DNA from: an uncultured Methylomirabilota bacterium | GTDB lineage: Bacteria; Methylomirabilota; Methylomirabilia; Methylomirabilales; 2-02-FULL-66-22 | DNA length: 64,000 nucleotides | Assembly: GCA_963705305.1 (NCBI GenBank) | Contig: OY970067.1 | Coordinates: 224,001 to 288,000 of the forward strand | Direction of reading: 5' to 3' | Part shown: positions 8,956 to 17,301 of the stretch, piece after piece | Layout of the letters: every line of letters starts with the position of its first letter | Numbering within the stretch: the first letter of the stretch is position 1 | Made by a program: the position numbers and the translations under genes | Notes under the pieces: generated by a model | The model's database searches: none | What the model saw: the letters and a program-made list of their open reading frames with translations, nothing else | What the model was told of the DNA's origin: nothing

Positions 8956-9146
8956 GGGGGACGTTGCCACTTTCGTCACGTTGCCGCAAGCATCATGCAT
9001 CGCTGGGCGCGTGCCATCCTCCCAGGTTCCCGTTCCTACAAAAACACAACAACCCCATAGGATCCCAAGATCCGCCGGGGACTGTCGGGTTCGCACGCCA
9101 GGAGCTTTCCGGTCGGCATCTTCGCCTCCTTCAGGCCGCCTAGCTG
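8956..9146. repeat. Type II element (copy 2)
   Basis: GGGGGACGTTGCCACTTTCGTCA ... GGGTTCGCACGCCAGGAGCTTTCCGGTCGGCATCTTCGCCTCC ... CCTAGCTG; homologous to 3323-3515. Confidence 0.8.
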
Positions 9147-9209
9147 GTGTCTGAATTCATTCGGGCAAGACGCTACCTCTCACCGGAGGGGGAAGGCAAG
9201 GGAAAAATA

Positions 9210-9383
9210 CAGAGGACGGGGGACCGGAGACGGGAGACAGAGGTCAGGAGTCAGAGGTCGGGGGTCGGGGGTCAGCCAAGGAATGACTACGGACCACGGA
9301 CCTGGGACAGGGGACCGAGGACCGGAGACGAGGGAGGGGAGACGGCCAGAGGATGACCACAGACTACTGACTACTGACCACGG
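9210..9383. repeat. Degenerate heptamer tandem-repeat tract
   Basis: CAGAGGA CGGGGGA CCGGAGA CGGGAGA CAGAGGT CAGGAGT CAGAGGT CGGGGGT...; later GACTACT GACTACT GACCACG. Confidence 0.7.
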
Positions 9384-9562
9384 GCCAGAGAGGGGAAAGG
9401 GCCTCCAGCCAGGAGAGGGACCAAACAGGGGGACGTACGCAATTTATTCAACTTACGTGGAGGCTACCATGAAAATCCATCATGGCATGTTCGATTTTCA
9501 TGGTACGTTTCGATCAATCCCCCGGTTGTTGACGACAGGCCGAATTGGGTGGATTCCAGCGC

Positions 9563-9799
9563 CTAGGCCGCATCCAGGGTGTAAACGGGCACCTCCGCGA
9601 CACGGCTGGGGGTCGGCTCGGACGCCAGCAGGGCCTCAATGCGCTTCACCGTCTCTGCCGAGAACGTCTCCTCCCCGCACTGCCTGCACACTAGCGCCGG
9701 CACCTGCTCAATCGAGACGAGCTTTCCGTGAACGTCGGCGGTGAAGGTCACCCGCCTGGAATCCTCGGTTCCTCCGCATACCGGACACCTACTATCCAT
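9563..9799 (-). CDS. YgiT-type zinc finger protein (MqsA-like antitoxin domain)
   Basis: CPVCGG ... IEQVPALVCRQCGEETFSAET. Confidence 0.85.
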   Translation of the reverse strand: MDSRCPVCGGTEDSRRVTFTADVHGKLVSIEQVPALVCRQCGEETFSAETVKRIEALLASEPTPSRVAEVPVYTLDAA

Positions 9800-10130
9800 T
9801 ATCAATCCTCCGGCTCCGCCAGTTCGACCACTCATGCGGATCGGGCTCGTAGACTGTTACAATCCGCGTCCGGGCGAGCGCAATCTGGATGTGGAGCGGC
9901 CGGCCCGTTTCAGTAAAACCCAACAACAAGAGGCTTGGACCGTACTTATCTTGGAGGTACTCCTCGACAACTTCCGCATTGGCAATCGCCTGCTCGATTT
10001 CGTCCGTCCGGATTCCCTGCCGAAGCATGCGACCTACCGCATGCCGAGAGATCTCGTAGCGGCCCGAGCGGAAAGCAGCGCGAATCGCCTCCAGCTGTTC
10101 CCGGCTTTCGTCAGGCACAATTGGAATCAT
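9792..10130 (-). CDS. DUF4258 domain protein (putative toxin partner of YgiT)
   Basis: SRHAVGRMLRQGI, EEYLQDKYGPSLLLLG, RPLHI, IVTVYEPD; overlaps the YgiT start. Confidence 0.8.
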   Translation of the reverse strand: MIPIVPDESREQLEAIRAAFRSGRYEISRHAVGRMLRQGIRTDEIEQAIANAEVVEEYLQDKYGPSLLLLGFTETGRPLHIQIALARTRIVTVYEPDPHEWSNWRSRRIDNG

Positions 10131-10204
10131 ACCAAAAACGGGCGAGGCGGTCCAATCCCCGGCGGACACAGAACGGAATGGAGGCAGGGAGAACGGAAGG
10201 AGAT

Positions 10205-11728
10205 CTACAGCCGGGAGAGGGCGTGGGATTCCAGGTCGACGCGGATGTACCTGGCCAGCAGGGGCTGGACGCGCTCCAGCTCACGGAAGACGTCCTGGGC
10301 GATCTGCCGGTACGAGGGGTGGCCCTGCTTGCCCGAGCGCAGCTCGACGAAGTGGTAGATCTCGCGCAGGTTCCAGGTGAACAGGACCCGCTTCCGGAAG
10401 GCCAGGGGCAGGACGTACTGGGCCTCGCGCGGGAAGCCGGACGCGATCGTCCGGTAGGCCGACTCGGCGCGCGCCATGCACTCGTCGTAGGGGGCCGTGA
10501 GGCCGTAGCGGGCGATCTCGGGCGGCGTGCTGTAGCCGTGCAGGTCGGTGGACTCCTGCGGGATCTGGGTGGCCATGCGGTGCCGCTGGATGTCCCGGAA
10601 GGCTCCGAAGTCCACCAGGATGTCGAAGGTGTAGGTGAGGTGCTCCAGCGCCCGCAGGGGCGCGTCGTGCGGCCCCCGCCGCGCCAGGTACTCCTCGACG
10701 ACCTTCTCCCGCGCCTCCCCGCCCATCGCCGCCGCCCGCGCCTGCACCTGGCGGAAGGGAAGATGGCCGTAGCCGTACAGGATCGCGGCCGCGAGCTGCA
10801 CCTCGGCGTCCTCGGGATACCGGACCAGCGACACGGCCGGCGCCTCCGCGGGGGCGGTCCCCGCGAGCTCCGCGGCGGCCAAGCGTTCCATCGCCTCCGC
10901 CGTCTCGGCCAGGTAGGAACTCTTGTCGGCGTACTTGATCAGGGTGGGAATGACCTGCTGCGCCTCGGTCTTCAGCCGGGCGCCTACCTCCTGCGCCTCG
11001 GCCAGGGGGTGGGAGAGGAGCTTCACGATCAGGTGCTCGAGGAGGCGCCCGTTGATCGTCATCCCGATGTTGGTCAGGGTGGCCGCGGGCAGGACGTAGC
11101 GCAGGATGTCGCAGCTCTTGGCCCGGCAGGCCGCCTCGTGGGCCCGCTCGCTCTGCCCCGCCTCGCGCGGCACCTCCGCCTTGACGGCGGCCGTCACCTG
11201 CTCGATGAGCCGCGTGTAGGTCTCCAGCAGGAAGGCGCAGGTCTCCCGGAAGAGGGCGCCGTGCCTGGACGCGGTCAGGCGCGGCTCGCGGTAGAACTTG
11301 CCCCGATCGAAGACGACGTAGCGGGTGGATTTTTCGGTGTACGAGGCGAGGCGCGTGTCCTCGATGATCTTGCTGGCTACGATGGAGACGTCCTCGACGG
11401 CCAGGTGGGCCACGGCGTGTTCCGCCACCGAGGCGTGGCCGTAGCCGACGACCCACTTCTCGTGGAACTCCTTGGCCTTCTGCCGGGCCCGGGCCAGCTC
11501 GTCCTGCCCTGTGGCGGCCCAGGTCAGCCGCTCCGCCAGGTCGAGGTCCCGGTCCTGGATCAGCTTCAGGAGATTCCGCCGCAGGCTCTCCCGGCTGCGG
11601 CTGTAATAGGCGAACAGGACGGCCACCACCTCTTCCGGGAGATTCTTCAGGGCGAAGATGGGCCGCTCTACATTTGTCACGTAGGGACGGAGGATCGCCG
11701 TCTCTTCCGGCGTGAAGACCTCGCTCAT
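10205..11728 (-). CDS. thyX: FAD-dependent thymidylate synthase, two-domain form
   Basis: YGHASVAEHA, EKSTRY, DIQRHR, NLREIYHFVELRS. Confidence 0.85.
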   Translation of the reverse strand: MSEVFTPEETAILRPYVTNVERPIFALKNLPEEVVAVLFAYYSRSRESLRRNLLKLIQDRDLDLAERLTWAATGQDELARARQKAKEFHEKWVVGYGHASVAEHAVAHLAVEDVSIVASKIIEDTRLASYTEKSTRYVVFDRGKFYREPRLTASRHGALFRETCAFLLETYTRLIEQVTAAVKAEVPREAGQSERAHEAACRAKSCDILRYVLPAATLTNIGMTINGRLLEHLIVKLLSHPLAEAQEVGARLKTEAQQVIPTLIKYADKSSYLAETAEAMERLAAAELAGTAPAEAPAVSLVRYPEDAEVQLAAAILYGYGHLPFRQVQARAAAMGGEAREKVVEEYLARRGPHDAPLRALEHLTYTFDILVDFGAFRDIQRHRMATQIPQESTDLHGYSTPPEIARYGLTAPYDECMARAESAYRTIASGFPREAQYVLPLAFRKRVLFTWNLREIYHFVELRSGKQGHPSYRQIAQDVFRELERVQPLLARYIRVDLESHALSRL

Positions 11729-11782
11729 ACCCCGGCCGCCCTGCGGAGCCCCCCGTCGGCCCCCTCCCGAATCACGGCCGCC

Positions 11783-12214
11783 TCACTCCTCGTCCTCCTC
11801 GCTCTCGACCTCCTCCATCAGATTGAGAAAATCCTGGTACCAGTCGGTCCGGTATTGCAGGAGGAAGGCGATGCCGTCCTTGATCCAGCCCATGCGGATC
11901 TCCCCGACGGCCCCCACGTAGCGCTCGAACTCCCGCAGCTTGGCGCGGTCGCCGTTGGCCGACCCCGGCCCGCTGTGCTCCTCCACCCAGTCCGCCAGAT
12001 CGTGGAGGTCGTCGGGCTCCAGGCCGGCCCGGCCCACGAAGAGCGTCCGGACGCCCTCCGTCTTGGCGATGCCCAGGAAATCCGGCCAGTTGTCGGGATC
12101 CCCCTGCCACCAGACCTCCGGCATCTCCTCCCCGATGTAGCCGGGAAAGACCAGAAATCCCTGCCGGTCGGCGGCCGCCGCGATCTCGTCGAAAAGTGCC
12201 GTAAGATCCGTCAT
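11783..12214 (-). CDS. Hypothetical acidic protein
   Basis: Co-oriented ORF with host-like codon usage, between thyX and the RNase H-like gene. Confidence 0.65.
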   Translation of the reverse strand: MTDLTALFDEIAAAADRQGFLVFPGYIGEEMPEVWWQGDPDNWPDFLGIAKTEGVRTLFVGRAGLEPDDLHDLADWVEEHSGPGSANGDRAKLREFERYVGAVGEIRMGWIKDGIAFLLQYRTDWYQDFLNLMEEVESEEDEE

Positions 12215-12272
12215 CTGTCCCACCTGTCGGTTCCCTCCCCTGGTGACCAGCACAGCCCCTCGGGCCGTCGCC

Positions 12273-12815
12273 TCACGCGTCCCACGCCACGTACACCGTC
12301 ATCTCGCGGCCCTGCGAGGGCACCTTGACAAAGCCCTCGCGCCGGCCATAGACCACGATCTTCCGCAGGATCTCCACATCCATCCGGCAGTAGTCCACCA
12401 CTCGCTGCCGCAGGGCGGGGTCGCCGGATCTCCACCACTTCACCGCATCCAGCCCCGAGCCCGTCTTCCCCTGCCCCAGAGTCGCCTGGGCCAGGGCCTG
12501 GAGGCTCACGCGAAAGCCCAGGCGTCGCTTCAGATCCTGCAGCAGGTCCAGGCTTTTGGTCTTGAGCTCGCGGACATCGCCGTAGGCCGAGAGCACCTCC
12601 AGGTCGAAGCGCAGCCCGTTGAAGGTCACGATGCGGTCAAAGGTCCGCAGCTCGCCGATCAGCCGGCCGGCGTCGGCCTCGTACCAGTCGCGGAAATCGC
12701 TCGCCTCGTCCCAGGTCACGGCCACGGTCAGGCCGAACGCTCGGATGTTGTCCCAGCCGCCGGACACCTCTTCGGCCAGTCGCTGCGTCTCCACGTCGAG
12801 AAAGATCTCGGCCAC
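12273..12815 (-). CDS. RNase H-like (YprB/MrfB-type) exonuclease domain protein
   Basis: FLDVETQR, TFNGLRFDL, DLL, SLQALAQATLG, YCRMDV. Confidence 0.85.
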   Translation of the reverse strand: MAEIFLDVETQRLAEEVSGGWDNIRAFGLTVAVTWDEASDFRDWYEADAGRLIGELRTFDRIVTFNGLRFDLEVLSAYGDVRELKTKSLDLLQDLKRRLGFRVSLQALAQATLGQGKTGSGLDAVKWWRSGDPALRQRVVDYCRMDVEILRKIVVYGRREGFVKVPSQGREMTVYVAWDA

Positions 12816-12889
12816 GGCTCACCTGCCGGTGGAGCGTTATCTACACATCCTATTACGCTCTCGGCGGGAAGGGCAAGGGGAATTGAGAG

Positions 12890-13172
12890 GCGGGGCGAGG
12901 GGGCGCTGGGGAGCTCCGGAATTCGAAATTGGAGAACACGTATCTCACGCAAAGCACGCAAAGGTCGCAAAGAAAAGCCGAATAGGAAGGTGGATTACAG
13001 GACCACTGACCAGTGACTACTGACCCCCGCCTACTGCATACTGGAAATGGCGATCTTTGCGTGAGATCAGGCTCGGATTTTTCCTCACGCCAAGACGCAA
13101 AGGGCGCAAAGTAGAAAAGGGGCAAATGGAGGGAAACGGGGAAACGAGTCAATTCGAAGTTCGAAATTGAAA
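12890..13172. repeat. Composite intergenic repeat, copy 1
   Basis: Blocks TTCGAAATT, CACGCAAAG x3, GACCACTGACCAGTGACTACTGAC and GCGATCTTTGCGTGAGATCAGGCTCGG; shared with 17049-17278, 27278-27504 and 35560-35740. Confidence 0.8.
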
Positions 13173-13177
13173 GGAAG

Positions 13178-14986
13178 CTACTCCAGCAATTCCTCCCCGG
13201 CGATGATGTCTTCGGCGGCCAGGGTGCTGAGGAGGTAGTGGCGCACCCGGTAGGTCAGGTGATCGTCCTTCTCCAGGCTGCCCGGTTTCAGCACCAGACC
13301 GTAGCAGTTCTTGGCCTGGTCCCGGCCGATGAGGCCGCGGGCCAGATCCTCTTCCAGGCGCATGAGCGAGCGCTGGAAGCCCATGCTCCAGCCGCCGCCC
13401 CCGCCGCTCGCCAGGGTCAGGCGGTGCCCGGCCCGCAGGCCGCACGAGATGCGCGCAGGCCCGACCTCTTCCCGCGTCCCCTCCTCCGGCGACCACAGCG
13501 CGAGGCGGGCCTCGGCCCCCCGCATCCCGCCGCGCAGCCCCATGGCCCGCCCGGGCAGCAGTACGTCCGCCTCCGCCCGTCCTTCCAAGAGCGTCAGCTC
13601 CAGCAGCGCGCCCAGGCCGCCCCGGTACTGGCCCGGGCCAGCCGAATCCGGCCGCAGCTCGAGGCGCGAGATCCGCACCGGCACGGCCCGCTCGATCTCC
13701 TCCACGGGACGGACGCGCAGCGGGGAGAACGACGGAGCCGCGTGGCTCAACCCGTCGCCGAAGACCGAGGCCCCCAACCCCCCGCCCAGCCCCAGCCGGA
13801 TGCGGTAGCGGCTGCCGTCGGCCCGCTCGCCGCGGAGGTCCAGCAGGCAGCAGCCTGCGTCCGGCGCCTGCGAGAGCTGGGCCAGCGTGTCGGCGAAGGC
13901 GGCCCGGACAGCCTCGGCCACGGCCTGCGCCGCCCCCTGGCGTGTCCGCTCGGGCGCGCCCTCTCCGGCCTCGTCTCCCCAGCCGATCTCGATGGAGAGC
14001 GCCTCGGCCACGCCCCCCAGCACGCTCTGGGCCGGCGACTCCGCCGCCAGGATCCGCCGGAAGGCCGCGCGGACCGCTGCCCGCGCCGCGGCCGGCGTGA
14101 GATCCGGCCCCCGGCCCTCCGCGATGTGCTCGACGGCCACGCGGGCCTGGTCGGCCTCGCGCCAGATCCGGACGGCGAAGGGGGCCACGCGGCCCTGGAT
14201 GCTCTCCACCTCCAGCCGGTCCAGCAACTTCTGCAGGCCCCGCCGGCAGCCATCCTCCAGCGCCGACCGGATGGCCGCCACAACCCCCGGCCCGAAGCGA
14301 ACCAGCATCTCTTCCATCACCGCCCGCCCCTGATGCAGGGCGTGGAGCTGCGCCGACAGATCCTCCAGCAGCTCTTCGGGCCGCTCCGCATTGGCGGCCA
14401 GGACCTCCAGAATCTCGGGCCGGACGGCGCCGTTGCGGCCGACGCACGTCCAGGGAAGGACCAGCCCCTCGCGCCGCAGGCTCGGAGCGGGCCCCAGGCT
14501 GGATCGCCCCAGGGCCGGATGGCTCGCCGACAGCACCGCGAAACAGACCGCCGAGCCCTCCCGGACGATCGGGACCGCCAGCAGCAGGTCCTCCAGCCCG
14601 GCGACCGCCGCGCGCGGGTCGTTCGTCCAGTAGATGGCGCCGGCGGCCAGGGCCCGGCCCTCCGCCGCCTCCCGGCGGATCAGATGTCCCAGGGCCTCTC
14701 CCGCGGCCTCCAAGAGCAGGGGGTGGCTCTCTCGGCCCCCGATGAGCACCGATCCCGTCGGCCCGTAGAAGCCGGCCGCCGTCCCGCCGGATCGCGCGAT
14801 CCCCGTAGAGACCGCCGCCCTCCGCAGCGTGGCGTCCATCGCCGCCGCGGCCTCCTCCAGCTGCTGGCGCACGGCCAGCAGGATGCCCGGCGTCAGCCCT
14901 CCCATGGGGGCCTCGGAGAGCGGGACCGGCTCTGCCGGATGCTCGGCGGGGATCTCCCCCTCGCCGCGGATGTCCATGAGCGTCAC
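13178..14986 (-). CDS. Hydantoinase B/oxoprolinase family protein (divergent)
   Basis: WTNDP, REGLVLP, PVEEIER, PDSAGPGQYRGGLG, SGGGGGW; GTGA overlap with the hydantoinase A stop. Confidence 0.8.
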   Translation of the reverse strand: MTLMDIRGEGEIPAEHPAEPVPLSEAPMGGLTPGILLAVRQQLEEAAAAMDATLRRAAVSTGIARSGGTAAGFYGPTGSVLIGGRESHPLLLEAAGEALGHLIRREAAEGRALAAGAIYWTNDPRAAVAGLEDLLLAVPIVREGSAVCFAVLSASHPALGRSSLGPAPSLRREGLVLPWTCVGRNGAVRPEILEVLAANAERPEELLEDLSAQLHALHQGRAVMEEMLVRFGPGVVAAIRSALEDGCRRGLQKLLDRLEVESIQGRVAPFAVRIWREADQARVAVEHIAEGRGPDLTPAAARAAVRAAFRRILAAESPAQSVLGGVAEALSIEIGWGDEAGEGAPERTRQGAAQAVAEAVRAAFADTLAQLSQAPDAGCCLLDLRGERADGSRYRIRLGLGGGLGASVFGDGLSHAAPSFSPLRVRPVEEIERAVPVRISRLELRPDSAGPGQYRGGLGALLELTLLEGRAEADVLLPGRAMGLRGGMRGAEARLALWSPEEGTREEVGPARISCGLRAGHRLTLASGGGGGWSMGFQRSLMRLEEDLARGLIGRDQAKNCYGLVLKPGSLEKDDHLTYRVRHYLLSTLAAEDIIAGEELLE

Positions 14987-16986
14987 GATCCGATCTCCAG
15001 GGTGAGGTTCCCCCACCGGTCCACGCGATAGGCCACGGCCGGCGGCACGAAGGCCGTCGCCCCCGGCAGGACGACCAGGGCCGGGCCGGTCGCGCTCGCC
15101 CCGACCTCCAGGGATTCCACCGGGATCTGCGGGGTGCCGTTGCCGGCGGCCGATTCGACCGCCCGGGGGCCGGAGCGCCGGCGATCGAAGGTGGCCCGCA
15201 GCGCCGGCTCCAGCGCGATGGCCGAGCCGCCCTCCTCCAGGACCCCCAGCAGGCGGATCACCCGCACCGACTCGGGGGACGGCTGGATGCCGTAGGCCTT
15301 CCGGGTGAAGGCGTGGTAGCGGGCGACGCGCGCCCCGGCGGACTCCAGGGGATCCCGCACGGCCAGAAGATCCGCCTGGGGATTGTCCCCGCGGACCAGC
15401 ATGAGGTGCAGCCGCAGCCGACCCTGCGCCGGGCCGGGGAAGGCCCGCTCGACCAGCTCGCGCAGCCGCCCGGGGCCCAGGGCGGCCAGCGTCTCCTCGA
15501 CGGCGATCATGGCGGTCCGCGCCGGGGGCGACAGCAGGCACCCCAGGGCCGAGAAGCCGGAGGCCAGGTACGGGATCACCACCCGGGGGACGCCCAGTTT
15601 CTGGGCCACCGCCGCCGCCTGGATCGGTCCCGCGCCGCCGAAGGCGATCAGCGAGGCCTCGCCGGGCGCCACCCCGCAGGCCGCGAGCTGGGTCCGCAGG
15701 AAAGAGGCCATGCGCGCCTCGGCCACGTCCAGCACCACGCGGGCCGCCGCCAGCGGGTCCAGCCCCAGCCCCGGGCAGACCTCGTCCAGCATGGCCCGCC
15801 CCGCGGCCGCCGCATCCAAGGGCGGCAGGCCCAGGTCCGTCCGCTCGCCCAGGAGGCGCCCGAGCAAGAGGTTCGCGTCCGTGACGGTCGGCCGCCGCCC
15901 GCCGCGGCCGAAGCAGGCCGGTCCCGGATGGGCGCCGGCGCTTTCCGGCCCCACCTGAAGCCCGCCCGCGACGGACTCGTCCACCCACACCAGGCTCCCC
16001 CCGCCGATCGCCGCGGTGTGGATGTCCACCGACGGGACCGCGACGGTCAGGCCGAACTCCAGCGTCCGGTCCCCCCGGAGCCCCGGCTGCCCGTCGCGGA
16101 TGACCGCAACGTCAAAGCTCGTTCCTCCCATGTCCGCGGTGAGGGCGCTGGGAAGGCCCAGTAGCTCGGCCAGGCTGGCGCCGGCCCGGGCGCCGCCCGC
16201 CGGCCCCGAGAGGATGGTCTGGAGCGGCTGCTCGCGCACCTCTTCCGGACGGCAGGAGCCGCCGGCCGACTCGATGAAGCGGAAGTGGGCGGCCGTTCCC
16301 ACCTCGCGGAGGACCCGCCCGAGGCCTTCCACGTACCCCGCCATGAGCGGCGTGAGGTAGGCCGCCAGCGCCGCCGTGGCGGCGCGCAGCCGCTCGTCGG
16401 GAAAGGGGCAGACCTCGCCGCCCAGGACCACGGGACCGCCGGGACAGACGCCGTTCAGGATCTCCCGGGTGCCCCGCTCGTGGATCCCGTTCTGATCGGC
16501 ATGCAGGAAGGAGACGGCCAGGGCCTGGATGCCCTCCCGCCGGAGGATCTCGACGGCCGCCCTGACCTGTTCTTCGTCCAGGGGAGTGAGGACCTTCCCG
16601 CCGGCGTCCAGCCGCTCCGCGATCTCCCAGCGCCACTGCCGGGGGATCAGCGGCTCGAAGGAGGGCTCTTGCGCCCACAGGCCGCGCCGCCCCGCGTCCC
16701 GCAGCTCCAGCAGGTCCCGGAACCCGGTCGTGGTGAAGAGGCCGGTCCGCGCCCCCTTGCGCTCCAGGACCGCGTTGGTGGCCACGGTGGTCCCGTGGGC
16801 GATCTCTTCCATTTCCGCCGCGGGCGCGCCGCAGGCCCGGAGGCCCGCCAGGAGTCCCAGCCCGATGTCGTGGGGGGTGGTGGGAACCTTGTGGAGGGAG
16901 AGGCTGCCGTCGATTCCGTCGCAGACCACGATGTCCGTGAAGGTGCCGCCCACATCGATGCCGATCCGGAATTTTCCCTGACCCAT
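14983..16986 (-). CDS. Hydantoinase A/oxoprolinase family protein
   Basis: IGIDVGGTFTD, HGTTVATNA, SGPAGG, DMGGTSFDV, GPESAGAHPGPAC, FGGAGP. Confidence 0.92.
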   Translation of the reverse strand: MGQGKFRIGIDVGGTFTDIVVCDGIDGSLSLHKVPTTPHDIGLGLLAGLRACGAPAAEMEEIAHGTTVATNAVLERKGARTGLFTTTGFRDLLELRDAGRRGLWAQEPSFEPLIPRQWRWEIAERLDAGGKVLTPLDEEQVRAAVEILRREGIQALAVSFLHADQNGIHERGTREILNGVCPGGPVVLGGEVCPFPDERLRAATAALAAYLTPLMAGYVEGLGRVLREVGTAAHFRFIESAGGSCRPEEVREQPLQTILSGPAGGARAGASLAELLGLPSALTADMGGTSFDVAVIRDGQPGLRGDRTLEFGLTVAVPSVDIHTAAIGGGSLVWVDESVAGGLQVGPESAGAHPGPACFGRGGRRPTVTDANLLLGRLLGERTDLGLPPLDAAAAGRAMLDEVCPGLGLDPLAAARVVLDVAEARMASFLRTQLAACGVAPGEASLIAFGGAGPIQAAAVAQKLGVPRVVIPYLASGFSALGCLLSPPARTAMIAVEETLAALGPGRLRELVERAFPGPAQGRLRLHLMLVRGDNPQADLLAVRDPLESAGARVARYHAFTRKAYGIQPSPESVRVIRLLGVLEEGGSAIALEPALRATFDRRRSGPRAVESAAGNGTPQIPVESLEVGASATGPALVVLPGATAFVPPAVAYRVDRWGNLTLEIGS

Positions 16987-17048
16987 CGGACTCCTCTCAG
17001 GCGGGCGGCATAATACGCAATTTCGGCAGAGGCCGCAAGGCCCATCGA

Positions 17049-17278
17049 CATTTCCAGTATGCAGTAGGCAGGGGTCAGTGGTCAGTGGTCCTGTATTCCA
17101 CCTTCCTATTCGGCTTTCCTTTGCGACCTTTGCGCCTTGGCGTGAGGAGGAATCCGAGCCTGATCTCACGCAAAGATCGCCAAGACAAGCACTTCAATTT
17201 CGAAATTCGAACTTCGAAATTCGAATTGTTCCATCTCCCCTGCTCCCCCTCGCCCGCTCTCCCCCTCTCTCCCTCTCT
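17049..17278. repeat. Composite intergenic repeat, copy 2 (inverted, blocks rearranged)
   Basis: 17049-17130 is the reverse complement of ~12960-13049. Confidence 0.8.
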
Positions 17279-17301
17279 GTAGCCTGAAGCCATCGGACGG
17301 C

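Noticed and set aside
22..9146. CRISPR array or classical integron as the explanation for the repeats
   Set aside because: The repeats are ~200+ bp, divergent and separated by whole genes. There are no cas or intI genes in the window, and I found no consistent RYYYAAC...GTTRRRY attC boxes.
10205..11728. Two-domain ThyX as a novelty
   Set aside because: Tandem-domain ThyX proteins are already known.
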